From positions 480,001-544,000 of the forward strand of contig CAVUWA010000010.1 of NCBI GenBank assembly GCA_963744995.1: a stretch of 64,000 nt of DNA. The letters run 5' to 3'. The position numbers and the translations under genes are program-made. The stretch comes from Candidatus Eiseniibacteriota bacterium (lineage in GTDB: Bacteria; Eisenbacteria; RBG-16-71-46). Positions 21,027-30,719 of this stretch are shown piece by piece (the stretch's first letter is position 1; each line of letters starts with the position of its first letter). The notes below the pieces were generated by a model, which made no database searches, was not told the origin of the DNA, and saw only the letters and a program-made list of their open reading frames with translations.

Positions 21027-23414
21027 TCACTCCCTGGACTGGACCCGGGTCCCCCCCGGGACGGCTTTGCGACCGATCCCCGAAGGCACGGTCCTGGGGC
21101 TGGAAACGGATGCCGGAGCGGCCGGGCGCGCGGGCATCGATGGGATGCTCGTCATCCGCGGAACCGTCACCTCCGTGCGGCTGAGGTGCCAGATGTCCTC
21201 CATGACGAAGTTCACGAGCGCCTGGCAGTCGGAGCGGGTGTAATCCCAGAGCGCGAAGCCGGTGAAAACGAACGGCGCGCTCAGCGGACCGTGATAGTAC
21301 GTCATCGTCACGCGCTGTACCGACGTCGGCGGCAACTGGAACGTCACCACCCGGTACAGCGTGTCGAGCACGGACTGCTCGTCGAGGATGTCCGGATCGG
21401 GGTTCAGGTCCTCGAGCACGTAGTTCTGCAACGACAGGAACTCCGCATCCACCGTGCTCTTGTAGTAGACCGCTCCGGACTGACCCTCGCGGCCCGGCGG
21501 GAACGGATCGAGCGCCGTCGAGCGCGCGCGCATGGTCACCGGCAGGCGGTTGTAGTCCGGCACACCCAGCCAGGACGGATTCCGGCCCAGGTAGCGCTGG
21601 ATGAACATCTGCGCTGCGGCGACCTTGAACTGCGACCGCCACGCGGCGAGATCGTACATGAAGCGCCCCGGGATCAGCTCGCCCTGTGCGAAGTCGAACG
21701 TGATGCCGCCGCCGTCGTTGGTGTTCTTGTTCCAGGGAATCATCGTCGCGTAGCCGCCGCCGCCGCCGGCGAGCCAGACGTTGCCACCCTGCTTCACGTA
21801 GGCCGCGAGTGAATTGAAGCGTCCGGGCGTACTCATGTAACGCAGCGCCGTGATCGGCTGCGCCGGATCCGAGCCCGGGCCGTTGAAGGTGGCGCCTCGC
21901 GCATCGGTGAGCCAGACGACATGGCGGTACTGGCCGAGCTGAGCGAGCCGCACGACGACCTCGTTGTTGCCGGTCCGGGTTCCGGTCGTGTCGAAGTCGA
22001 ATCCCGCGAACAGGCCCGGCGGACTGATCGTCCCCGCCGGGTAGCACCGCCACGGATAGCCGCCCTTCGCGTACAGGAACGTGTCCAGCTCCGCCGCCGT
22101 CGGCCAGAGACCGATGGGCTGTTTCACGCAGTCGGCCCCCGCCACGAGTTCATCGCCGATGAGGCGGGTATCGTCCACGATCAACAGCGGTTTCTCGAAG
22201 GTGGCTTCGATCACCTGGAAGCGGACGATACCGAGGCTGCGCAGGCCGTTGTTGTCGAGGGCCTCGATGTAGAAGCGGTGTTCCTGGCCGCCCGCGAACG
22301 GGCCGACCGTGGCCTGCAGGATGTTGCTGCTCGCGGTGCTCCAGCGCGTGACGTCGTTCTCCTCGTCTTCGCGCGGTGTGTTGTCGGCCACGTCAGGGAT
22401 GTCCAGCGCCCAGCGGTAGCTCTGGATCTCCGAGCCCGGCTTGGGGGTGGCGAACCAGTTGAAGGTCACCCGCAGCCCTGAGGGGATCTCGATGAACACT
22501 TCGCGGCTCGGATCGGTCGAATAGCCGCCGCTCGGGTAGGTGAAATTGAAGAACTCGTTGAACATGGTCAGCACCGGGCCGAGATTGCCCGCGAAGCCGA
22601 CGCGGAAGCGCAGCATGTTCTTGTCGAGGTTGAAGATGGGTGAATAGGCGCCCGCCTCGTCGATGGCGATCACCACGAAGATGAAGTTCTGCCCCGGCGT
22701 GAGGTTGGTGAACTGCACCTCCGTCGTGTCGGCCGAGGTCGAGTCCCAGCCGGCGAACGTGGGTGCATAGTAGCGCCGCACCGAGTCGGGATTCGTGAGC
22801 GCGATGTCGATCGGGAACTCGGAGCCCTGGCCGATCAGCAGGTATTTGTACTTGACCGGTTTGCTGGTGAACTGGCCGTCGGGATCGGTGCCGGTCCAGC
22901 TGATGCGCACCGCGGGAGAGAGGTTGATGTTCACCTGCGACCTCGGAGTCGGCGCGAGAATGTCCACCGTGGGCGCCTGGGTGAACGAGAAGAACGAGCG
23001 TTTCACGATGTCCGAGTTGGCCCCCTGATCGTCCACCGCGCGGATCGCGAACGTGTGGAAGTCGAGCGCGCGCAGCTGGGGCTGGCTCGAGTCGGGGATC
23101 GTCGCCGTGAAGAACAGGATCTGCTCGTTCTTCGTCGTCTCGGTCCAGCTGATCGCGTCGTCGTCGGCGGGCGGGTCGATCGCATACTGGTACTTCACGA
23201 CGCGACCGTCCGGGTCGTTGCCGAGCCAGTTGAGCCGATACGCATAGAAATAGGCGGTGCCGTCGTTGAACGGCGCGGCAGTCAACTCGACCGTCGGCGG
23301 CTGGTTTGGAACGGGCGCGAAGACGCCGGCCTTCTTCCTGCCGCACCCGGGGGCGAACGCCGCGGCGACCCCCACGAGCAGGTAGACGAGATTCAGGAAG
23401 CGATTGGGTCTCAT
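21027..23414 (-). CDS. Large lipoprotein with three FN3/Ig-like repeats
   Basis: ATG 23414; lipobox APGC; repeated W.G.DPDG..Y.Y / F...A.D..G modules. Confidence 0.7.
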   Translation of the reverse strand: MRPNRFLNLVYLLVGVAAAFAPGCGRKKAGVFAPVPNQPPTVELTAAPFNDGTAYFYAYRLNWLGNDPDGRVVKYQYAIDPPADDDAISWTETTKNEQILFFTATIPDSSQPQLRALDFHTFAIRAVDDQGANSDIVKRSFFSFTQAPTVDILAPTPRSQVNINLSPAVRISWTGTDPDGQFTSKPVKYKYLLIGQGSEFPIDIALTNPDSVRRYYAPTFAGWDSTSADTTEVQFTNLTPGQNFIFVVIAIDEAGAYSPIFNLDKNMLRFRVGFAGNLGPVLTMFNEFFNFTYPSGGYSTDPSREVFIEIPSGLRVTFNWFATPKPGSEIQSYRWALDIPDVADNTPREDEENDVTRWSTASSNILQATVGPFAGGQEHRFYIEALDNNGLRSLGIVRFQVIEATFEKPLLIVDDTRLIGDELVAGADCVKQPIGLWPTAAELDTFLYAKGGYPWRCYPAGTISPPGLFAGFDFDTTGTRTGNNEVVVRLAQLGQYRHVVWLTDARGATFNGPGSDPAQPITALRYMSTPGRFNSLAAYVKQGGNVWLAGGGGGYATMIPWNKNTNDGGGITFDFAQGELIPGRFMYDLAAWRSQFKVAAAQMFIQRYLGRNPSWLGVPDYNRLPVTMRARSTALDPFPPGREGQSGAVYYKSTVDAEFLSLQNYVLEDLNPDPDILDEQSVLDTLYRVVTFQLPPTSVQRVTMTYYHGPLSAPFVFTGFALWDYTRSDCQALVNFVMEDIWHLSRTEVTVPRMTSIPSMPARPAAPASVSSPRTVPSGIGRKAVPGGTRVQSRE

Positions 23415-25492
23415 GGTGCGGTACTCCTCGACGAGGCACTGGAGAATCCCGGTCCCAGGTGCACGGATGCGGATCCCGCGTTCGCGCGCGCGATGGGTGC
23501 GGGCGCGTAGAGCGGGAAGGTCTGCTTGGTGCAACGGCCCTTTCCGGCCTGCAATTCGCATTCACGGCAGTCGCAGAGCTCGACGACCATGTCGACCCTC
23601 TGGCTGACGATGTCCGTCGGGATCGGATACGACGGCACGTTCACCGTGGGCAGCCGGAACAGGTCCTGCGGTGAGATCGTCGTGTCGCGATTGGCGGCGT
23701 TCTTGCCCTTGAAGCTCACCGTGAAGCGGAGCACCTTGGTCGGCGTGGGGCCGCCGATGGGCGGCTGCTGCGCATTAGGATCGAGCGGATCGATGTCGTC
23801 CGCCAGCAGATTGATGTTCACCTGCCGCGTGGCCAGCGTGTCGGGGATCCCGCCCGGCTTGAGCTTGGGCGAGAAGGTCGGCGACGAGGTGAGCAGGAAC
23901 GGGTTGTAGTTCACCCAGAACGTCATGACCTTCTTCAGGCGATCGAGCCGCTCCTCCGGCGTACCGCTGGCGTCGACACGAGCGACCCAGGAATTGACGT
24001 TCGACGGCACGGATCGGTCGAGCCCCCCCAGGTCCTGTCCCGTGCCGTCCTCGGCACGGACGACCGCAAACGCACGCCCCGACATCAGCGCCTTCTGATA
24101 GCTGTTGATCGTCGGCTGGCGCCGGAAGTTGGTCGGATCGAACAGCGGATAGAGGCCGGTCACCGACGGCGCGCTGAACGGTCCGAACGGATCGAGGAAC
24201 GTGCCGACGAAGGCGCGGAAGCCGACCGGCGAGCCGTTCGCGGGCCCGGGTCGGATGACCGCCCCGGAGCCGCAGATGGTGGTGTCAGGCAGGTTGGGAT
24301 CGATCGGCGAGACCTTGACCGCGTAGGGCGAGTCCTGGTCGAAGCCGCCGTTGCCGAAGATCAGCCACGAGTTGAGATGGACCGTGTCCCCTTCCGTGCG
24401 CACGTACACCGTGTCCTTCCAGATCTCGGCGAAGGTGCGGTGGAAGGGCCGGGTCGCCGGAAGGGTGGATACCGAGTCGCACGACAGGAGGCTTCCGGTC
24501 AGCGAGAGTCCCGCGTAGCTGCTCACCTGCCGATACTTGAGCTGCTCGGTAGTCCCGGCGTACTTCGGGCGGCTGGACCAGATCGGTGAGTTCGGGTCCG
24601 GCCCCGACCACCAGGTGTCGGGCGCGAGGTTCATCCCGAAGCGGCGCGTGGTCTGGCGCGCGCCACCGGCCTGATCCAGCACCTTGAGCGAGAAGATCTT
24701 GAGGCCCGGCCCGGTCGCGCCGGCCGGATAGTCGACACGCCGGACGCTCGAATCGACACTCACGTAATCGGTTTCGTCGAGCTTGTATTTGAACGTGACG
24801 GGCACGAGCTGAGGGCTGGCGAGCTCGGCATGCCAGCGGAACGTCAGGCCGGACCCGACCGGCACGTAGTCCTGGGTCACGGTATGGGGGTCCAGCGTGT
24901 CGGAGACCGCGTAGACCGTGTCCTTCACGAACAGCGCACCGGAGGGCGATTGCCGGAAGACATGGCCCGTCGCCGCGGCTTCGTCGAAGACCGGGATCGG
25001 GGGATAGCGATCGAGGGCATTGAAGATGAAGCGGGCCGGGGTCGGATCGGGACGGCCCTTGTTGTCGACCGCATAAATGTAGAAGGCGTGCTGACGGTCG
25101 GGATTGAACTCCGCCACGTTGAAGATGAACGTGGAGTCCGTCTTCGTGGTGAAATGGTAGTCCCGCGGCTTGGGACCGGGCAGACGCGGCGGGAGCGTGC
25201 CACCGACGGGCACCGAGGTCGTCGTCTCGACGACCGCGTAGTAGTAGCCAATGACCTCACCGTCCTGGTCGGAGCCCGCCCAGTACAGGTGGAAGATGAC
25301 GGGGATCGTTCCCACGACCGGCGGGATGGCCCCGCCGACCGGGTCTTTGGTCGTGATCGTGTCCTGCGGCGCGGCGGTGATCCACGTCTCAGGCGGCTGG
25401 TTCGTGTCGACTTTGGGAACGAGCGGGTCGCGGCAACCCACGACGATCAGCACGGCATAAAGGCATACGACGAGCCCTGCACGTAAGCGCAT
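23411..25492 (-). CDS. Lipoprotein with FN3/Ig-like repeats, paralogue of the downstream gene
   Basis: Lipobox VVGC; NQPPETWITAAP...WAGSDQDG..YYYAV...HAFYIYAVDNKG aligns with NQPPTVELTAAP...WLGNDPDG..YQYAI...HTFAIRAVDDQG. 4-bp overlap with the next gene. Confidence 0.7.
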   Translation of the reverse strand: MRLRAGLVVCLYAVLIVVGCRDPLVPKVDTNQPPETWITAAPQDTITTKDPVGGAIPPVVGTIPVIFHLYWAGSDQDGEVIGYYYAVVETTTSVPVGGTLPPRLPGPKPRDYHFTTKTDSTFIFNVAEFNPDRQHAFYIYAVDNKGRPDPTPARFIFNALDRYPPIPVFDEAAATGHVFRQSPSGALFVKDTVYAVSDTLDPHTVTQDYVPVGSGLTFRWHAELASPQLVPVTFKYKLDETDYVSVDSSVRRVDYPAGATGPGLKIFSLKVLDQAGGARQTTRRFGMNLAPDTWWSGPDPNSPIWSSRPKYAGTTEQLKYRQVSSYAGLSLTGSLLSCDSVSTLPATRPFHRTFAEIWKDTVYVRTEGDTVHLNSWLIFGNGGFDQDSPYAVKVSPIDPNLPDTTICGSGAVIRPGPANGSPVGFRAFVGTFLDPFGPFSAPSVTGLYPLFDPTNFRRQPTINSYQKALMSGRAFAVVRAEDGTGQDLGGLDRSVPSNVNSWVARVDASGTPEERLDRLKKVMTFWVNYNPFLLTSSPTFSPKLKPGGIPDTLATRQVNINLLADDIDPLDPNAQQPPIGGPTPTKVLRFTVSFKGKNAANRDTTISPQDLFRLPTVNVPSYPIPTDIVSQRVDMVVELCDCRECELQAGKGRCTKQTFPLYAPAPIARANAGSASVHLGPGFSSASSRSTAP

Positions 25493-25536
25493 TCAAGCCC
25501 CCGGCACGCCCAGTCATTGTTAAGGGAGTGCGAAAG

Positions 25537-25565
25537 AAACTAGCAACCGCGACTCCCCCAGTCAA
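25537..25565 (-). promoter_or_regulatory. Sigma70-type promoter for the lipoprotein operon
   Basis: TTGACT-17 bp-TAGTTT with TG at the extended -10 position. Confidence 0.55.
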
Positions 25566-25838
25566 GACGCGGGCGAGTCGTCGGGAAGCTCCAAATGGGC
25601 GCGGAATCACCATCCGGGCCCTCCCGTCAACGGGGACCGGCCCGGCCCGGGCGCCGCGGGAGACAGGCCCGGGCTGTCCCCTGCCCCGCTCCAGGACACC
25701 GGCTCGGAGCGTCGGGGCCGTTGCACCAGCCATCTGGGCTTGCGTGCGAAGGGACGTTGCAGGGCGGGCTGTTCACCGGCAGGGCACGGGGGCTCCGCAG
25801 GACATGCATTTCTAACACGCAACCCTCCAAACGCCAAC

Positions 25839-25877
25839 AAAAAACCGGGGGACGGGACCCGAAGTCCCGCCCCCCGG
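25839..25877 (-). terminator. Intrinsic terminator of the 25900-30345 gene
   Basis: 14-bp GC-rich stem CCGGGGGGCGGGAC/GTCCCGTCCCCCGG (one G-U pair) followed by TTTTTT. Confidence 0.85.
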
Positions 25878-25899
25878 CGGACTGCTACCGCTCGGACAG

Positions 25900-28800
25900 C
25901 TAGCGGAGGATGGTGAGCTTCTTCGCGAGCTCGAAGCCGCTGTCGCGGTACTTCAGCTGCGTGAAGTAGACGCCGCGCGGCAGCTGCCGTCCGGCGTTGT
26001 CGACACCGTCCCACACCAGGCTGTGCTCGCCGGCCTTGAACTTCCGGTCGGCCAGCGTGCGGACCAGACGACCGCTCACGTCGAACACCTTGACCTGGAC
26101 GAAATCGTCCTTCGCAAGGCCGAAGTTCACGGTGGCATAGCCGCTCACCAGCGGGTTGTTCCTCAGGTTCATGAAGTTCACGAACACCGAGCCGTCGCCG
26201 TTGTTCGGCGTATCCGTCGTGTTGATCGGCTGACCGACCAGAGCACAGTTCAGATCCGCGAACACGTTCGACAGGGTGTTGTACATCCAGGCCAGTCGCC
26301 CGTTGGTGACGCCGAAGCGGCCACGCATCGTCGAGATCTGCACACCGATGGTCTGCGAGATCCACGGATTCGTGGCGTTGTGTCCCTTCGTGACACCGAG
26401 AGGCAGAAGCGACGCGTCCGGAAGCACGTACTGCATGTTGACCGAAGCATCCGCAACGACCGCGTTCAGGTCGACCACGTCGTTCGTCAACAGACAGCTG
26501 TTGTTGACGCCGTAGACGTCGCCGGCACCCAGATCCACCGAGGGACCGACCTTGACGTCGACGTAACCACGCGAGTCAGGCACGAACAGCAGGTAGTTCG
26601 GGTCCTGGAACGTCGTCGCGAGGTAATCCGTGACGAACGTCTGCTGCGGCGGACCCTGATCGAAGGCCGCTTCCACGAAGCTTTCGCCGATGACGAGGAT
26701 GCCACGATCCGGCGTCGACGTGTTGCCCGTGCTCAGCCAGTTCTGGAACGTGGTGATGTCATCGGGCGTCGCGTCGTTGAACGGACCCCAGATGTTCGAG
26801 TTCAGATCGCCCGTCACGACAAGCATCATCTTGTAATACGTGTTGAGCATGTCGAGGGTCGGAGCGGTCATGCCCCACTTGCCGTCGATGCTGGTCCCGA
26901 CCGGCGCACGATAGCCAAGACGCTGGCCGATGCGGCAGGCACCAGTGGTGAGCGACTCGGAGGCCTTCACACCGTACATATCCCACAGCGTACCGGGCTG
27001 CTTGTTCTTGTTCAGGAAGTACGCGGGGTCATTGATGTCTCCATCGGCGGGCACGTTGCCGTAGCCGTCGGCGCTGCCGACGTCCGAAGCCTGCGTGGCG
27101 CCGATCGAGTCGGAGACGGCCTTCCACACGCGCTCGTTGCCACGACGATCGTCGTTGTCAACGAACAGCATGCAGGCCATCCCAACGCCGCCCTGACCGA
27201 ACGCCGAGTCCTTCCAGCGATCGGGGAGGACGCTGAACTGCTGCCAGCGGTGACCGTCCGTGTTCGGACCTTCATTGTTCTGCGGCGACACGAGGGTCGT
27301 GTCGGGCATCATCGCGAACACGCTGGTCGGGTTCTCCAGATCCTGACGGCGCACGAAGTACTGCACGTGGGCGCCAGGGGTCAGGAGACCGTCCGGAATG
27401 ATCTTGGTGCCTTCCATCGTCGTGGTGGAGCCATTCCAGCCGGTACGGCTCGTCGGCAGGGTGGTCACCCACGTCGGCGGATACGGGCCCTTGGCAGGGT
27501 TGCCGCAGGTCAGGTTGGGATCATTCGCGTTGGACACCGTGGTGTCGATCACGAAGCACACGTTCCGGGCGATGCCCAGGCTCGCACGAGCGCCGGCCAG
27601 CTCGGTTTCGTGATAGGTCGTGCACCACACCTGCCCGTTCGGGGGATTCGCGATGCTGGTGCCCTGGACCGGGAACTGCTCCTGGCCCCAGACCTCCGCC
27701 GAATCCATCCGAGCGCTGTTCCAGACCAGCGGGCTCCAACCACTCGGGGCAGCCGCGTGCGCTGCAAGGGCGGCACCCTGACTGATCGTTCCGTCGACAC
27801 CCGAGAACGCACCCGGGTTGGCCTGGTACGAGGCGAAGAAACCGGTACCGAAGTCACGGAGTCCGCTGTTCTCGTTACCGACGGTCTGGTAGTTACCGAC
27901 GCCGGGCTTGATGCGGAAGATCAGGTCCAGACGCATGGAGTCGCCCGAAGCCTGCACCGTCACCGAGTCACCGGGGATGTTGTAGCGGAACAGGTTGCCC
28001 GGTGTCGGTGCGGTGTTCAGACCGACCTTGATGTGCGCGGTGGCCGTATCGAAAGCCGCCGTGCCGGGCAGTCCCGCGGTCTCGTTCGCCGGGAACACGT
28101 CGTTGAAGATGTCCCAGATGTCCATGGCGAGCAGCTGCGGATTGCCATCGACGATCGCGAAGGAGCAGTTGTCGATATAGCCACCGTCGAGCGGTGAGCA
28201 GCCCGTGCTGATACCGAAGCGATAGCACTCCGACAGCTTGCGCAGACCGACGCGCATGGAGTCGGGGAAGCCATTCACATTCGACGTGAACACGAGTCCG
28301 TTACCGAACGAAGGCTCGATGTCGGCGAAGCACTGCTTCTCCGGGTTGAAGATCAGGAAGCCCGGGCTCGAAATCGTGCCCCAGGCCTCTACGCCATCCG
28401 ACTGCGTGGCCGGATACGACTGCACCAGGGGCTGCCACAGCTGGCCCTGGGTGAACACGTCGAAGTAGCCGGTGTAGACGTCGTAGTAGTAGTAGTAGTC
28501 ATCCGTCGCCCACCGCTCGGAGGGTGACAGATTCATGTTGTTCTTCGTCAGGTCCTTCGAGGTCTGGTCTGCGCCGGCGAGATTGATCGTCGGCGACATC
28601 ATGCCCCACATCCCTTCGTGCTCGCTCGAGAGCGGCGCCGGGTTCGTGGCGGCTTCAGCCAGATCGTGGATGCCCATGTTGATGATGATGCCCTGCAGAT
28701 CGCAGATGCGGTTAGGCGAACCGACCGGGCCGCAGATGTCCTGGTAGACCAGGTTCTGCGCGGTCATGTCTTCCGGATGGAAGTACGTGGCCGGCGGCTT

Positions 28801-30345
28801 GCCGGTGGACTGCCAGGCGACGTCCGGCGACTGGCTGTTGTCGATGTCACCGGCGTTGTTGAAGTTGCCGATGCCGACGAAGCCGGCGCCGATGTCGATC
28901 TGCACGTCGTCGATCACCGCGGCACCCGCGTAGCCCGAGTTGTAGTTGCCGGAAACCGACCCGGCAGCGTCGTCGAACGCACGGTTGGTGTGCACGCGGA
29001 AGCACAGGCGCAGCTTGTTGGCCTGGCCGTTGGCGGCCGCGGAGTCGAGCATCGCCGCGACATTGGCCGCCGGCGCGGTCACGGTCGTCGTCGTCACGGC
29101 ATTGGTGCCCGCAACGCCGAACAGCCACAGACGCGCGTCCTTCATGAGGACTTCGTTGAACCAGCGGCGATCGTCGTCCTGAACGATACGACGGCCGCCC
29201 GTACCCGGGTTGTCCTCGACGATGACGCCAAGGCTCACCAGCTGCGGGTCGGCGTCGAACGGATACAGCGACGACTTCCACAGACCCTCGACCGGCGCGC
29301 CGATGTAGAGCTGCAGCGAGTCGATCGGAGCCGCGTCGCCCGTGGCACCGCCACCGCTGGCTTCAGCCGAAATGAAGTTGCCAGGCGTCGGCGAGTTGCC
29401 GCTGAGCCAGTCGCCTTCGAACCAGCCCGTGCGGAAATGCTCGTCCGTGTCCTTGTTGGTGGACATGTCCGTCCGCCAGGTGAACTTCACCGAGACGTCG
29501 CCGCTGGAGTAACCCGACATGTCGACGTTCCGGTAGAGCATCTGGTCCATGTTGCCGATGTAGCCGGGGAAGTGACGGTTCGTCGCTCCCGACCACGTCG
29601 GCGCGGTTTCGCTGACCCGGTAGTCCTGGGTGTTCGCGTTGTAATAGTTCCCGGTGACCGGATCGGAATAGGTGAGGTCGCCGTGAGCGCGGATCCCCAT
29701 CCAGGCGGAGGCCGCACCTTCCAGCGGTGACCACGAGGGATTGCTCGGGGTCGCCCCGCCCAGACCCGTCGTGGGGAACGACTGCACCGCCGAGGCGCCT
29801 TCGTCACGGTGCCACATGCCGGTCACGCCGAACGTGCGGCTGCCGCCGCCGCCCGGGTTCCCCGCAAAGTTCACGATGTTGCCGTACTCGACGGCCCACC
29901 ACAGGCGGTTCTCGTCGGTCAGGACCGCACCGCTCGAGTTGACGTGGTTATTGCGGACCGACCACCAGCCGGAGAGGCTGTCCCCGTGGACCTGCTGGTT
30001 GGCTTCGAACGACCACACGCCGTCGTTCGCGGTGCCGCCACGATTGCCGTAGTCGGCCGGAGGCGGATCGTCGGTCGGCGGATCGCCACCGTGCAGACCG
30101 CCCACCATCCAATAGTTGTCATTTACATTGGCGCCCGACCAGTAACCAACCCAGATCGTGTCCGGATTGACCAAACCGGCCGAGGTGCCGAGGAGACCGC
30201 TCTTCGCGAAACGTTCCTGGGAATCTTTGGCGTTCATCAGCTTGAGGCCGACGTCGCCACCGACGTCCGGGGACGCGAAGAGCGGGTTCGCCAGCAGAGC
30301 CGCTGCACTCACCGAGAGCAGCAGCGCGACGAACTTCTTTCTCAT
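25900..30345 (-). CDS. Very large secreted protein (~1480 aa) with C-terminal FlgD-Ig domain; candidate major surface/S-layer protein
   Basis: GGAGG RBS; signal peptide MRKKFVALLLSVSAAALLA; rich in G/N/T/D; tail NNPL...VFDVSGRLVRTL...WDGVDNAGRQLPRGVYF. Confidence 0.8.
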   Translation of the reverse strand: MRKKFVALLLSVSAAALLANPLFASPDVGGDVGLKLMNAKDSQERFAKSGLLGTSAGLVNPDTIWVGYWSGANVNDNYWMVGGLHGGDPPTDDPPPADYGNRGGTANDGVWSFEANQQVHGDSLSGWWSVRNNHVNSSGAVLTDENRLWWAVEYGNIVNFAGNPGGGGSRTFGVTGMWHRDEGASAVQSFPTTGLGGATPSNPSWSPLEGAASAWMGIRAHGDLTYSDPVTGNYYNANTQDYRVSETAPTWSGATNRHFPGYIGNMDQMLYRNVDMSGYSSGDVSVKFTWRTDMSTNKDTDEHFRTGWFEGDWLSGNSPTPGNFISAEASGGGATGDAAPIDSLQLYIGAPVEGLWKSSLYPFDADPQLVSLGVIVEDNPGTGGRRIVQDDDRRWFNEVLMKDARLWLFGVAGTNAVTTTTVTAPAANVAAMLDSAAANGQANKLRLCFRVHTNRAFDDAAGSVSGNYNSGYAGAAVIDDVQIDIGAGFVGIGNFNNAGDIDNSQSPDVAWQSTGKPPATYFHPEDMTAQNLVYQDICGPVGSPNRICDLQGIIINMGIHDLAEAATNPAPLSSEHEGMWGMMSPTINLAGADQTSKDLTKNNMNLSPSERWATDDYYYYYDVYTGYFDVFTQGQLWQPLVQSYPATQSDGVEAWGTISSPGFLIFNPEKQCFADIEPSFGNGLVFTSNVNGFPDSMRVGLRKLSECYRFGISTGCSPLDGGYIDNCSFAIVDGNPQLLAMDIWDIFNDVFPANETAGLPGTAAFDTATAHIKVGLNTAPTPGNLFRYNIPGDSVTVQASGDSMRLDLIFRIKPGVGNYQTVGNENSGLRDFGTGFFASYQANPGAFSGVDGTISQGAALAAHAAAPSGWSPLVWNSARMDSAEVWGQEQFPVQGTSIANPPNGQVWCTTYHETELAGARASLGIARNVCFVIDTTVSNANDPNLTCGNPAKGPYPPTWVTTLPTSRTGWNGSTTTMEGTKIIPDGLLTPGAHVQYFVRRQDLENPTSVFAMMPDTTLVSPQNNEGPNTDGHRWQQFSVLPDRWKDSAFGQGGVGMACMLFVDNDDRRGNERVWKAVSDSIGATQASDVGSADGYGNVPADGDINDPAYFLNKNKQPGTLWDMYGVKASESLTTGACRIGQRLGYRAPVGTSIDGKWGMTAPTLDMLNTYYKMMLVVTGDLNSNIWGPFNDATPDDITTFQNWLSTGNTSTPDRGILVIGESFVEAAFDQGPPQQTFVTDYLATTFQDPNYLLFVPDSRGYVDVKVGPSVDLGAGDVYGVNNSCLLTNDVVDLNAVVADASVNMQYVLPDASLLPLGVTKGHNATNPWISQTIGVQISTMRGRFGVTNGRLAWMYNTLSNVFADLNCALVGQPINTTDTPNNGDGSVFVNFMNLRNNPLVSGYATVNFGLAKDDFVQVKVFDVSGRLVRTLADRKFKAGEHSLVWDGVDNAGRQLPRGVYFTQLKYRDSGFELAKKLTILR

Positions 30346-30690
30346 GTGACTACCTCCATCGTCGCAATGCATGGGCAATGCGAAGTCTTCCGAGTAAAGA
30401 TTGCGAGCGAGGTGTCGCCAGAGACAAATCGGCCGACGGATCATGGCAGGCGGCCATCCGACGGCAGATTTCTGCACCTGTCTGTGCCTGATCCCCCCTT
30501 TCCGCTGTCACCCTCGGCCCTTAGGCAATTCGGACGTCGGGCGACACAAATAGTGCGCAAACTCGATGATGAGCCGTTGAGCTCGCGGAGCCGCTGCCAG
30601 CTCCTGAGGGAGAGCTCAAACAACCGCGGAACCTGAGGTGCATCTGGGGGTTCATCTATTGAAGACGCACCAACCTCTGGAACAGGAAAA

Positions 30691-30719
30691 AGGCTAGGCT
30701 GCTGACAGGGTTCTGTCAA
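30691..30719 (-). promoter_or_regulatory. Sigma70-type promoter with overlapping palindromic operator
   Basis: TTGACA-17 bp-TAGCCT; TGACAG-N4-CTGTCA (30703-30718) overlaps the -35 box. Confidence 0.6.

Noticed and set aside
19908..30345. Horizontally acquired island suggested by lower GC
   Set aside because: No integrase, tRNA or flanking repeats; amino-acid composition and expression-related codon bias explain it more simply.
30346..30690. c-di-GMP or other known riboswitch in the long leader
   Set aside because: Only a partial GCGGAAA/GGCAC resemblance; the conserved core and spacing could not be matched.
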